This document shows positions 30,551 to 40,004 of a DNA stretch of 56,864 bases, piece by piece (the stretch's first letter is position 1; each line of letters starts with the position of its first letter). The notes below the pieces were generated by a model. The model was given only the letters and a program-made list of their open reading frames with translations, did not search any database and had not been told where the DNA came from. Source of the DNA: Candidatus Omnitrophota bacterium (GTDB lineage Bacteria > Omnitrophota > Gorgyraeia > Zapsychrales > Zapsychraceae); the NCBI GenBank assembly GCA_018062515.1, contig JAGOSC010000007.1, positions 1-56,864 on the forward strand, read 5' to 3'. A program made the position numbers and the translations under genes.

Positions 30551-32057
30551 ACGGCAAAGCGGTATTTTGCTCCATATTTCTTCTTTGCCGTCGCCGTTCG
30601 GCATAGGTGATTTCGGGCCAAAGGCCTACGAATTCATCGATTTTTTAAATCAGTCAAAACAATCATTGTGGCAAATTTTACCGCTCACACCCACCAATCC
30701 ATTTTGGGGAAGCTCACCTTACAGCAGTCATTCCGCCTTTGCGGGTAACTCTCTTTTTATTAGTCCTGAAATTTTATGCGAAGAAGGGTTGTTAACCGGG
30801 AAAGATATAAGGATCGAACCGTCTTTAGATCCCCATCGCGTCGACTATCACCAAGTCACTGCCCTTAAAAAAGAATTTCTAAACAAAGCCTATCAAAAAT
30901 TCTGTAAGAGTGACAATCTTCTAAAAGATTTTTCCATTTTTGAAGAACAGCACAAAGATTGGCTGGAAGATTATGCCGTTTTTTGTTTGATTAAAAATCA
31001 TTTTCACGGGCAATCTTGGACCGAGTGGCCTAAAGAATTTAAAAATAGAGACAAAACGGCCATTCAAGCGTTGATCAAAAAAAAGCAGAATGAATTTCAA
31101 AAGTACAAATTTACTCAGTTTATCTTTTTTCGGCAATGGGAAAAATTAAAACATTATGCTCATTCCAAGAACGTTGAGATTGTCGGAGATTTGCCGATTT
31201 ATGTCAGTTATGACAGTGTTGATGTTTGGAAAGAACCGCAATGGTTTAAATTGGATGAATTGGGCGATTTAAACGTTGTCGCGGGTGTTCCGCCGGACTA
31301 TTTCAGCATAACCGGTCAACGTTGGGGAAATCCCGTCTATAATTGGGATCGCTTAAAAGCCGAACATTTTGAATGGTGGATGAGAAGAATTAAACAAAAT
31401 TTATTATTATATGATGTTGTCCGTGTAGATCATTTCCGGGCATTTGTAAATTATTGGGAAATTCCTTCGTCGGAGGAAAGCGCGATTAATGGATATTGGG
31501 TCACGGCACCGACGGAAGAATTTTTTAATACATTGAAAGAAAGATTCACGGAACTTCCATTGATTGCCGAAGATTTAGGACTCATTGATGATGAAAGCAG
31601 GGAAAAAATTGAAGCCTTGGGATTTCCGGGAATGAAAATACTATTATTTGCTTTCAACGGAGATATGAAAAAACATATTTATCTACCGCATAATTACACG
31701 ACCAATTGTGCTGTTTATACCGGTACGCATGATAATAATACGGTGGCGGGCTGGTATGAACAAGAAGCAACCGAGCAGGAAAAGAAAAATCTCGCTGAAT
31801 ACTATCAGGAATTCACGACAGCTGCTCATCCTGATCATTCTGTTCACTGGAATTTAATTGAGTTGGCTCTGTTTTCCAAGGCCCGTATGGCCATATTTCC
31901 AATGCAGGACATTCTCGGATTAGATCAGTCTTGCCGAATGAATGTCCCGGGCACCGTCACTGGTAATTGGGAATGGAGAATGAGTTCAGCTCAAATGGAT
32001 ACGACGGTAGGCGGACGATTGGCGCAGATGACATCTGAAGCAAACCGTTCCATTTAG
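30543..32057 (+). CDS. malQ: 4-alpha-glucanotransferase (GH77)
   Basis: SGILLHISSLPSPFGIGDFG, VRVDHFRAF and YTGTHDNNT motifs. The ATG at 30543 overlaps the GH57 stop by 8 nt. Confidence 0.93.
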   Translation: MYRRQSGILLHISSLPSPFGIGDFGPKAYEFIDFLNQSKQSLWQILPLTPTNPFWGSSPYSSHSAFAGNSLFISPEILCEEGLLTGKDIRIEPSLDPHRVDYHQVTALKKEFLNKAYQKFCKSDNLLKDFSIFEEQHKDWLEDYAVFCLIKNHFHGQSWTEWPKEFKNRDKTAIQALIKKKQNEFQKYKFTQFIFFRQWEKLKHYAHSKNVEIVGDLPIYVSYDSVDVWKEPQWFKLDELGDLNVVAGVPPDYFSITGQRWGNPVYNWDRLKAEHFEWWMRRIKQNLLLYDVVRVDHFRAFVNYWEIPSSEESAINGYWVTAPTEEFFNTLKERFTELPLIAEDLGLIDDESREKIEALGFPGMKILLFAFNGDMKKHIYLPHNYTTNCAVYTGTHDNNTVAGWYEQEATEQEKKNLAEYYQEFTTAAHPDHSVHWNLIELALFSKARMAIFPMQDILGLDQSCRMNVPGTVTGNWEWRMSSAQMDTTVGGRLAQMTSEANRSI

Positions 32058-32126
32058 AATTTGACAAGAATTTACCAGTGAATCAACTTGTCCAGCAGAA
32101 GAGTCTATGATAAAATCTTCCACAAT

Positions 32127-32738
32127 ATGACAATAAGACATGTATCAGTATTTTTTATTTTGATCCTTTATTTGGCTGGATGCAGTTGGATCAAGACGCC
32201 TTCTTGGGTGCCTTTTACTCATAAAAAGAATCAGGAAATTCTTCAGGCGCCGGATACAACGGTTGCTGTAAAAGCCATTCCCGTCGATGAAGGGCAAATG
32301 TTGGCTCCTGAGAAGCTACAAAAGGGTGGGAAAATCCTTCTTGTTCCTTTTCAAGCCGGAGGAAACGTTGCCGCAACCGATGAACTTGATAAAATCTCTT
32401 TTAGAGTTATGCAAGGGATATCTCGTTCCTTCGAATATAGCAGTAAACCCAATTTTAAAATTTTAATTAATCTTGAACAGTCCGAGCCTGATTTTATCAT
32501 TGATGGTTACTTCACGGTCAAAAAAGAAAGTTCGGATTTTTTGAGCAAATGGTTTTTTAAGAAAAAGAAATATGTAATCGGTGTAGAAGGGAAACTGATG
32601 GACGCTAATTCGAAGGAAGTTTTAGCTGTATTCAGTGACACGGTCGTCTCCAGTTCTCCACAAGAAGATTTCATCAATTTAGGCTTTAAGGTTGGACAAA
32701 ATATCGGGGATTTCATCCGAGTGAGTTTAACCCAGTAA
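32127..32738 (+). CDS. Lipoprotein, function unknown
   Basis: Lipobox LAGC after a hydrophobic h-region. The ATG at 32127 is preferred over the TTG at 32088. Confidence 0.6.
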   Translation: MTIRHVSVFFILILYLAGCSWIKTPSWVPFTHKKNQEILQAPDTTVAVKAIPVDEGQMLAPEKLQKGGKILLVPFQAGGNVAATDELDKISFRVMQGISRSFEYSSKPNFKILINLEQSEPDFIIDGYFTVKKESSDFLSKWFFKKKKYVIGVEGKLMDANSKEVLAVFSDTVVSSSPQEDFINLGFKVGQNIGDFIRVSLTQ

Positions 32739-32747
32739 AGGTCGATC

Positions 32748-33713
32748 ATGATTATTGTTACAGGAGCTGCCGGTTTTATTGGTAGCTGTATCGTTGCTCG
32801 TTTAAATGAAGAAGGATATACAGATCTGATCCTGGTCGATCACATGCCTGATAATTCCAAACAAGGGAATTTGGATCAGAAGAAGTATGTCAAATATTAT
32901 GATAAAATCGAGTTTATTGATTTAATCAGAAAATCAAATTTCAAAGATAAAGTCAGCGCCGTGATTCACATGGGCGCCTGCAGTTCAACCACTCTTCAAG
33001 ATAAAAAATATTTTACGGAAAATAATCTCGAATATACCAAAACCCTGGCTTTATGGGCCATCAATAAGAATATTCGCTTTATTTATGCGAGTTCCGCCGC
33101 GACGTACGGCGATGGCAGTGTAGGGTATAAAGATAATGACGAGACAGTTCGCCTCTGTAAACCGTTGAACTTATATGGAGAATCCAAGCAAGATTTTGAT
33201 TTGTGGGCGCTGGACAAGGGTTTATTAGACCGAATCGTAGGTTTAAAATTTTTTAATGTCTTTGGACCGAATGAGTACCATAAGGGCGGTATGCGTAGCG
33301 TCGTCGCTAAATCCTACCAAAACGTGGCTGATCAGGGAAAGATACAGTTGTTTAAATCCTACAAAAAGGATTTCTCCGACGGTGAGCAAAAGCGTGATTT
33401 TATTTATGTTAAAGATGCCGCCGATATTGTGATGTATTTTTTAAAAAATCCGGATAAAAATGGTTTATTTAATGTCGGAACGGGAAAGGCAAGAACGTGG
33501 AATGATTTGGCCAATGCTTTATTTAGTGCGGTCGGCAAAAAACCTAACATTACTTATGTCGATATGCCGGACATTCTAAGAGAACAGTATCAATATTTTA
33601 CGGAAGCGGACATGAAAAAGCTCAGAAATGCCGGATATAAGAAAAACATGACAACTCTTGAAGAAGCGGTCAAAGATTATGTACAATACTTAAAAGTAAG
33701 TAAACACTGGTAA
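32748..33713 (+). CDS. hldD: ADP-L-glycero-D-manno-heptose 6-epimerase
   Basis: MIIVTGAAGFIGS, ASSAATYG, YGESK and FFNVFGPNE..KG.M.S motifs, colinear with E. coli HldD/RfaD. Confidence 0.9.
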   Translation: MIIVTGAAGFIGSCIVARLNEEGYTDLILVDHMPDNSKQGNLDQKKYVKYYDKIEFIDLIRKSNFKDKVSAVIHMGACSSTTLQDKKYFTENNLEYTKTLALWAINKNIRFIYASSAATYGDGSVGYKDNDETVRLCKPLNLYGESKQDFDLWALDKGLLDRIVGLKFFNVFGPNEYHKGGMRSVVAKSYQNVADQGKIQLFKSYKKDFSDGEQKRDFIYVKDAADIVMYFLKNPDKNGLFNVGTGKARTWNDLANALFSAVGKKPNITYVDMPDILREQYQYFTEADMKKLRNAGYKKNMTTLEEAVKDYVQYLKVSKHW

Positions 33714-33725
33714 CAAAAAAATAAT

Positions 33726-35435
33726 ATGATCATTGTTTGGCTCACAATCACGGCTCTGGTTTTCTTTTGTACAGGTGCGTTCTTAGTTTTTAAAGGCTAC
33801 TGGCAAGCAGCGGGTATCCTGAATAAAAATGCGGACCAAGAGGTTGTGCCGATATTTGATCCCATGGAACTTGATAGTTTAAAGCAAAGTTTTACGCCAA
33901 AGCCAATCCTCGAAACTGAGGCTCCAAAAATTATTCCAGCCGAAAATACTCTCGCTCAGAAAATGGAAACAACCATCTCGGAAAGTGCATCAGTCATAAA
34001 TGCTCCCAGGCCAGTACTGGCATTACTGCAGGAAGAGTCGACTCAGACAGAAACAAAACTTTTGCAAAAAATAGAAGAATTAACCGTTTTATTACATAAA
34101 CAAGAAGAAGAATCGAAGAAGAAAATATTAGAATTAAGAGATGATAAAAAGATATTTGAAGACGCGTTGATGAGAGAACTAAGCAGTAAAGAGCCTTCGA
34201 ATGCAATGAGCCAATCCACGGAATTAAAAGATCTGAAAGAACAATTAATTCAGTCCGAGCATGTGGTTAAAAATTTGACGGAAGAAAATCAGACCTTTCG
34301 CCAACAAATTCAGGAACAGTCGGATCGAATAAATATGTTAAAGAACAGAATTTCAACTATCCCGCCCGTCGAGCAAAGGTCGGCTGCTGATACGCAAATG
34401 TTCAAGGAAACGGAGGAGAAATTAGCGACGGCACAGCTAAAGATTAGTCTTTTAACGGAAGAAAATCAACATCTGAATGTTCAGCTTCAATCGCAAATTG
34501 ACCAAGTAAAAGGACAATTAATTCATTCCGACCATGTGATTAAAAATTTGACGGAAGAAAATAAGACTTACCGGGAACAGATTCAAGAACAGTCGGATCG
34601 AATCAACATGCTAAAGAACAGAATTTCAAGTATTCCACCCGTTGAGCAAAGATCTGCGGTGGATGTGCAAATTTTCAAAGAAACTGAGGAGAAATTGGTG
34701 ACAACACAGCAAACCATTACTCTTTTAACGGAAGAAAATCAGCGGATTAATATGCAACTTCAATTGCAAATTGATCAAGTAAACGAATTAAATACTGAAG
34801 CGTTTGTGTTACGCAGTCGATGTCAGGAATTAGAATCTAAAGAAATAATTAAGTTAGAGGCTTTGCAGCAGGAAATTGACTTTCAAAAACGCTTCATGTT
34901 TGAAGACCGTCAAAGTGATTTGGCAAATATTAATAAATTAAAAATTGAGAAAAGAACTTTGATTGAGCAGTATACAAACCAAATACGTTCATTAGAAGCG
35001 AATATGCGGGATTTATACAGTAAATATCTGCAGGAATTGTCGAAACAGAAATTGGGAGGTTCATCTCAATCCGCTGCTGAGACAGAAGAATTAAGAATTA
35101 AACTCGGTGAAGCTCAACAAACTTTAGCGGATTTAAAAGAACAAAAACTAAAGACTGAAAATAAAAATAATGAATTGAGTGTCGAATTAAATTCCTTAAA
35201 AGATTCTTTAGCTATAAAGCAAAGAAGTGAAATCAGCAACGAGGAAAAGCAAAAATTATTGCACAATATTAATGAATTAAGTGGCCGATGTGAAAAATTT
35301 CAGACGGAAAATACACTTTTATTGGAAAAGAAAAAATTGCTGGTTTATGAGTTATCAAAGAGCCGGGCGCAAGCGCTCGGATTGGAACGGATTTGTAAAG
35401 ATTTAAAAAATCAAATGGATCAAGTAACGGTATAA
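33726..35435 (+). CDS. Membrane-anchored long coiled-coil protein with an internal tandem duplication
   Basis: One N-terminal TM (IIVWLTITALVFFCTGAFLVF), then about 500 aa of Q/E/K/L-rich heptad-like sequence. Confidence 0.7.
   Translation: MIIVWLTITALVFFCTGAFLVFKGYWQAAGILNKNADQEVVPIFDPMELDSLKQSFTPKPILETEAPKIIPAENTLAQKMETTISESASVINAPRPVLALLQEESTQTETKLLQKIEELTVLLHKQEEESKKKILELRDDKKIFEDALMRELSSKEPSNAMSQSTELKDLKEQLIQSEHVVKNLTEENQTFRQQIQEQSDRINMLKNRISTIPPVEQRSAADTQMFKETEEKLATAQLKISLLTEENQHLNVQLQSQIDQVKGQLIHSDHVIKNLTEENKTYREQIQEQSDRINMLKNRISSIPPVEQRSAVDVQIFKETEEKLVTTQQTITLLTEENQRINMQLQLQIDQVNELNTEAFVLRSRCQELESKEIIKLEALQQEIDFQKRFMFEDRQSDLANINKLKIEKRTLIEQYTNQIRSLEANMRDLYSKYLQELSKQKLGGSSQSAAETEELRIKLGEAQQTLADLKEQKLKTENKNNELSVELNSLKDSLAIKQRSEISNEEKQKLLHNINELSGRCEKFQTENTLLLEKKKLLVYELSKSRAQALGLERICKDLKNQMDQVTV
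34242..34787 (+). repeat. Direct tandem repeat, 2 x 273 bp (91 codons), inside the coiled-coil gene
   Basis: Copy 1 (34242-34514) and copy 2 (34515-34787) align without gaps. QLI(Q/H)S(E/D)HV(V/I)KNLTEEN(Q/K)T(F/Y)R(Q/E)QIQEQSDRINMLKNRIS.IPPVEQRSA... By eye, roughly 80% nt identity. Confidence 0.9.
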
Positions 35436-35469
35436 AGATTTTTATTTTGTTCGCGGAAGGCGCCATGCC

Positions 35470-35928
35470 ATGGCTAATCAAAATATTTATACAAAACCTA
35501 TGGAAATAACAGCTGAACAGATTATGACGGAAGGTGTCGAGACCATTAAGCCCGACATGTTAGTCGGAGACCTGGCGCATGTCATGTTGCGCAAAGGATT
35601 TAATGGTTTTCCTGTCGTCGAGAATGATCAATTGCTGGGCATTGTCACGTTCACGGATCTATTTCATTTATTGGATAAAGTGGAATATGAAGATATCAAT
35701 AACGATGCCAATGCGCTTCATCATAAAATCACACAGTTGAAAAAATGGCCGGTCTCAAAAATTATGACGACCAATGTCAAAACCATTTCACCGTCGACAA
35801 CATTAAGTGAAATCATTAAATATGTTGTTCTTCAAAAAATTCACACCTTTCCGGTCATTTCAAACGGTAAGCTCGTCGGTATTCTCGGCCGCGAAGATGT
35901 TCTTAACGCAACCTTCTCCTATGGATAA
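35470..35928 (+). CDS. CBS-domain pair protein
   Basis: Two CBS repeats (..GFPVVENDQLLGIVT..DL.. and ..HTFPVISNGKLVGILGREDVL). Confidence 0.85.
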   Translation: MANQNIYTKPMEITAEQIMTEGVETIKPDMLVGDLAHVMLRKGFNGFPVVENDQLLGIVTFTDLFHLLDKVEYEDINNDANALHHKITQLKKWPVSKIMTTNVKTISPSTTLSEIIKYVVLQKIHTFPVISNGKLVGILGREDVLNATFSYG

Positions 35929-36349
35929 TCTGAGTACTCAGCTTTGGTCTAAACGTAAATCCGCTTTGCAATCTGGTCATATTGTGATTCTTGATCAACT
36001 CAGTCGTTGTAAAATGGGCCGACGTACGCCCGCCGCACTGGAGCAATATCAAGCGTTGGAACAAGTGATCATTTCCCATTTATCCGTGCAATCACCTGAT
36101 TTTTACCGGGCGCTTTTTAACCATTTGAAAACGGAGCGGTTACAAATAAAAGTTTTGGAATATCTTGAATTTGATTTAAAAGCTCTTAGAATAAGGTTAC
36201 TTGAATTCATGGAAATGCCCGTAAAGACATTCGCCGAACTGAGTAATGATATTGTCATCAGAATTAAAATTGAAAAAGAATATTTACTTCCTTTGCTTGA
36301 AATATTAATCAATCAAACCGCGCTTAAACAAACTACCTATGAAAACTAA
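35921..36349 (+). CDS. Hypothetical protein (142 aa)
   Basis: The ATG at 35921 overlaps the CBS stop (ATGGATAA). The track start at 35807 would overlap the CBS gene by 120 nt. Confidence 0.5.
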   Translation: MDNLSTQLWSKRKSALQSGHIVILDQLSRCKMGRRTPAALEQYQALEQVIISHLSVQSPDFYRALFNHLKTERLQIKVLEYLEFDLKALRIRLLEFMEMPVKTFAELSNDIVIRIKIEKEYLLPLLEILINQTALKQTTYEN

Positions 36350-36779
36350 TTTTTACTTTTTGATGGTCATCGGTTTGGTTTTATTCCTTTCCGGCTGCGA
36401 AACATTTAAAATTTTTTTGGGAACGTCGACGAAGCATTTAGAAAAAGCTAGAGTCGATGCTTTAAGCATGACGTTTGATTGTAAACTCGAAGAGTGTTTT
36501 GATTCGGTTTTAAGCCTGGCAAAGAATGAAGATATGGGAAAAACCAAAATCAATCAAAAACCCTTTGAAATATTCAGAAAAGACCGTATTAAAAGTTACA
36601 TTGTTGTAATGGGAATGGACGGAAATATTGATACGACGGAAGCCGGAATATTTTTCACTCCGCTGGAAAAGGGGGGAACAAAAATTGAAGTCTCGTCGCT
36701 GAGTGTAACCGCTAAGGAAAAAGTAGCAAAGGCCGTCTTTCAAGAATTAAACTTAAGATATAACCACACAGGTAACTAA
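36339..36779 (+). CDS. Lipoprotein, function unknown
   Basis: Lipobox LSGC after MKTNFYFLMVIGLVLF. Confidence 0.6.
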   Translation: MKTNFYFLMVIGLVLFLSGCETFKIFLGTSTKHLEKARVDALSMTFDCKLEECFDSVLSLAKNEDMGKTKINQKPFEIFRKDRIKSYIVVMGMDGNIDTTEAGIFFTPLEKGGTKIEVSSLSVTAKEKVAKAVFQELNLRYNHTGN

Positions 36780-36780
36780 T

Positions 36781-37824
36781 ATGACTATAGACATGAAAGC
36801 TTCAGATCGTTACACAAAAATTATTTGCACACTTGGGCCCGCGAGTTCAGAAGAAGCTATGATTGTTAAAATGGCCCGACGGGGAATGAATGTGGCCCGC
36901 ATCAATTGTTCTCACGGAAGCCATGCGCAGTATCAGAAAATGATCGATTTAATCCGAAGCGTTAATAAAAAACATGGATTTGATATTGGTATATTGTGTG
37001 ATTTAGAAGGTTATCGGATCCGCATCGGTAAATTAAAAAAGAATATTACCTTGGACGCTAATGAAATTGTTTATATGGCGGAAATCAAGGACAATGTTCC
37101 CGACGCTATTCCGATCGATTTTACCGAAGACCTGAAAAGGATCGAAGACGGATTGAATGTTTTTATGGATGATGGAACGCTTCAATTAAAAGTCATTGGC
37201 CGCACAGGTAAAAAACTGAAATTAAAAGTCATGCAAGGCGGTATTCTCAAGGAACGAAAAGGGGTCAATATTCCCGGATTAAAACTTCAATCGAATATCA
37301 TGACGGAAAAAGATGCTGAGGATATAAAGTTTGCCTTGCATAATAAAGCCGATATGATTTCTCAATCTTTTGTCCGGAATAACCTCGATATACAGCGCGT
37401 GTGTGAGCTTGTTAAGCCCAAACATCCAACCTGCAAAGTAATCTCCAAAATTGAAAGTGAAGAAGGGTTAATTAACGTCGAGAGTATATTGGATGAATGT
37501 GACGGTATCATGGTGGCTCGAGGAGATCTGGGCGTTTCGGTTCCTATCTATAAACTTCCCATGATGCAGAAATACTTGCTGCATTATTGTAATCGTAAAA
37601 AGAAAATGTCCATTACAGCCACCCAAATGCTCGACAGCATGATTGAGCGCGGATCTCCGACGAGAGCAGAGGTTTCCGACGTGGCCAACGCTATCCTCGA
37701 CGGCACTGATTATGTTATGCTTTCCGGGGAAACAGCGGTTGGAAAATATCCGTCGCGCACGGTTAAAATGATGAGCCAGATTGTTGTGTATACGGAAAAG
37801 CTGGCCAGAATCCGTCCTAAATAA
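36781..37824 (+). CDS. pyk: Pyruvate kinase, short form (A+B domains only)
   Basis: TKIICTLGPAS and MVARGDLGV motifs. Only 347 aa, where typical PKs are about 470 aa. The next gene starts 15 nt after the stop. Confidence 0.8.
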   Translation: MTIDMKASDRYTKIICTLGPASSEEAMIVKMARRGMNVARINCSHGSHAQYQKMIDLIRSVNKKHGFDIGILCDLEGYRIRIGKLKKNITLDANEIVYMAEIKDNVPDAIPIDFTEDLKRIEDGLNVFMDDGTLQLKVIGRTGKKLKLKVMQGGILKERKGVNIPGLKLQSNIMTEKDAEDIKFALHNKADMISQSFVRNNLDIQRVCELVKPKHPTCKVISKIESEEGLINVESILDECDGIMVARGDLGVSVPIYKLPMMQKYLLHYCNRKKKMSITATQMLDSMIERGSPTRAEVSDVANAILDGTDYVMLSGETAVGKYPSRTVKMMSQIVVYTEKLARIRPK

Positions 37825-37839
37825 TTTAAAAAAATCGAT

Positions 37840-38355
37840 ATGATTGAACACGAATTACTATTTTTGGGGCTCCTCAAAGACGGCCCGAAACATGGTTATG
37901 AAATCAAACGCCTGATTGAAGATGAGCTTTCGCGTTTTGTGGGCTTAAAAATCAAATCCATTTATTATCCTCTCCGGAAAATGGAAAAATTAGGATTGAT
38001 CACTAAAGACATCGACCGCGAAGGAAATTGGCCGGAAAAGTTCGTATATACCCTGACCAAAAAAGGCGAAAGTATCTTTGAACACATGATCAATGAGAGC
38101 TTTTTAAGTATTGAAAGGCCATACTTTGACATTGATTTATCCCTGTATTTCCTTCAATATGTCGATAAAAAAATCGCTAAACGTCAGCTGAGAGGGCGCA
38201 TCTTGTTTCTCCGTCGGATTAAACGCGACCTCAATAACATTAAAAAGACAACAAAATCAGAACAAAAACATCTCATCATCATCCTCGAACACGACCTCGA
38301 TTTGGTCGAAGCTGAAATCAAATCCATCACCAAATTGATGGGAACCCTAGTCTAA
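37840..38355 (+). CDS. PadR-family transcriptional regulator
   Basis: N-terminal winged-helix LLGLLKDGPKHGYEI...YYPLRKMEKLGLI. 171 aa. Confidence 0.85.
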   Translation: MIEHELLFLGLLKDGPKHGYEIKRLIEDELSRFVGLKIKSIYYPLRKMEKLGLITKDIDREGNWPEKFVYTLTKKGESIFEHMINESFLSIERPYFDIDLSLYFLQYVDKKIAKRQLRGRILFLRRIKRDLNNIKKTTKSEQKHLIIILEHDLDLVEAEIKSITKLMGTLV

Positions 38356-38396
38356 AATCCTTCCTTTAAAATAAAATCTATACATATTAATTATAC

Positions 38397-38424
38397 TTGA
38401 CAAAAAAGCAGGATTTATTAAAAT
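38397..38424 (+). promoter_or_regulatory. Sigma70-type promoter (TTGACA-16 nt-TAAAAT)
   Basis: Consensus -35 at 38397-38402 and -10 at 38419-38424. It lies in the 134-nt gap between padR and the acyl-CoA ligase gene. Confidence 0.55.
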
Positions 38425-38429
38425 CTAAC

Positions 38430-38445
38430 TAGTAAAATTTTACTA
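38430..38445. promoter_or_regulatory. Perfect 16-bp palindrome TAGTAAAATTTTACTA (candidate operator)
   Basis: Exactly self-complementary. It starts 6 nt after the -10 hexamer, so it would cover the transcription start region. Confidence 0.5.
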
Positions 38446-38489
38446 TATAGGCGTTTATTGGTCTAACTTCAATCAAATCATACGTTTAA

Positions 38490-40004
38490 ATGGGTGTTCT
38501 AATGCGAATTAATGATGTTCTGAAGCAAGTTGCCGGGAAATATCCTCAAAAACCCGCTTTAATTTTTAACGATCAAACCGTCACTTTTAAAGAGCTTAAA
38601 GATCTGGTTTATAAAACTGCCAATGTTTTACGCTCTTATGGCATCGTAAAAGGCGATAAGGTTGGAATATATTTGCCAAATGGCTTGGAATACGTTTATA
38701 GCTATTTGGCTTGTTTTTGTTTAGGGGCTGTGGCCGTGCCGCTCGATTTTATGCTGAAAGATGAAGAATTGATATCCTGCCTCGATCACTCCGAAACAAA
38801 ACTTCTCATAGCTCAAGAAAGAAAAAGCGTCGATTTACCCAATATCAAACAACAAGTTTCTAGTTTAAAAACGATTCTGATTGCTGACCAATTTTCCGAA
38901 AAGTTGAATCAAGCCAATTCAGATTTTGAAGCGGTAAATATTGCCGATCATGATCCGGCGCTGATTATGTACACGTCGGGAACAACCGGCCGTCCAAAAG
39001 GGATTTTACTCAATGCCCGTCATTTAGACGGTTCTCCGCAAGCGATGGAATATTTTGTCGACCTTTCCGATAAGGATATCAAGTTAGCCGCCATTCCGTT
39101 TAGCCACATCGGCGGATTTATTTACATTCAAAATTGCATTACGTTTGGAATCACATTGGTCATTATGGAACGGTTTAACCCGTTTGAATTTTTAGAAAAA
39201 ATCAATCGATACAAAGTCACCTGTTTTCATATTGTCCCGCCGATGTATACGGCAATTTTAACTCTTAAAGAAATTGAACGATTCGATTTGTCGTCGTTAA
39301 GATGGGTGGTTGTCTTTGGTGCGCCGAGCTCGCCTGAAATCTTGCAACGTTTTAATCAATATTGTCCCAATGCCAGGCTTCTCAATGGCTGGGGCATGAC
39401 CGAAACAACACCTCCAAATACAGTCACACCCATGAATAGTAAAAATATTGAAAGTGTTGGAAAGCCAGCACCGAATTGCAAAATCAAAATTATTGATGAT
39501 AACGATCAAGAAGTTAAAACCGGCGAAATAGGTGAGATTGTCATCAGCGGTTGGGTGGTGATGGATGAATATTATAAAGATCCTGAAGAAACAGCGCGTG
39601 TTAAACGTAATGGATGGCTGCATACCGGCGACTTAGGACGAATTGATCAAGATGGTTTTCTCTATATCGTCGGACGGAAAAAAGAAATGATTAAAGTAGC
39701 TGGTCAAATTGTTTATGCACCGGAAGTTGAAGCGACTTTTTATAAACATCCGGATATTAGCGAAGTTGCGGTTATTGGAATTAGTGATTCATTAAAGGGC
39801 GAAGCGGTTAAAGCTTTTGTCGTATTAAAGAAAGAAAGTAATGTAACAGCTGAAGATTTGCGTTATTTTGCTCGTCAACATTTAGCCAATTTTAAAGTCC
39901 CACAAAGTATTGAATTACGAAGTGAATTACCAAAAAATCGCACCGGTAAAATCGATAAAGCTTTACTGAAAGAAGAAAATTTACTCGTCGATGGAAAAAG
40001 ATGA
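38490..40004 (+). CDS. AMP-dependent acyl-CoA synthetase/ligase (ANL superfamily)
   Basis: YTSGTTGRPKG (A3), GWLHTGDLG (A8) and PKNRTGKI (A10) motifs. 504 aa. Confidence 0.9.
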   Translation: MGVLMRINDVLKQVAGKYPQKPALIFNDQTVTFKELKDLVYKTANVLRSYGIVKGDKVGIYLPNGLEYVYSYLACFCLGAVAVPLDFMLKDEELISCLDHSETKLLIAQERKSVDLPNIKQQVSSLKTILIADQFSEKLNQANSDFEAVNIADHDPALIMYTSGTTGRPKGILLNARHLDGSPQAMEYFVDLSDKDIKLAAIPFSHIGGFIYIQNCITFGITLVIMERFNPFEFLEKINRYKVTCFHIVPPMYTAILTLKEIERFDLSSLRWVVVFGAPSSPEILQRFNQYCPNARLLNGWGMTETTPPNTVTPMNSKNIESVGKPAPNCKIKIIDDNDQEVKTGEIGEIVISGWVVMDEYYKDPEETARVKRNGWLHTGDLGRIDQDGFLYIVGRKKEMIKVAGQIVYAPEVEATFYKHPDISEVAVIGISDSLKGEAVKAFVVLKKESNVTAEDLRYFARQHLANFKVPQSIELRSELPKNRTGKIDKALLKEENLLVDGKR

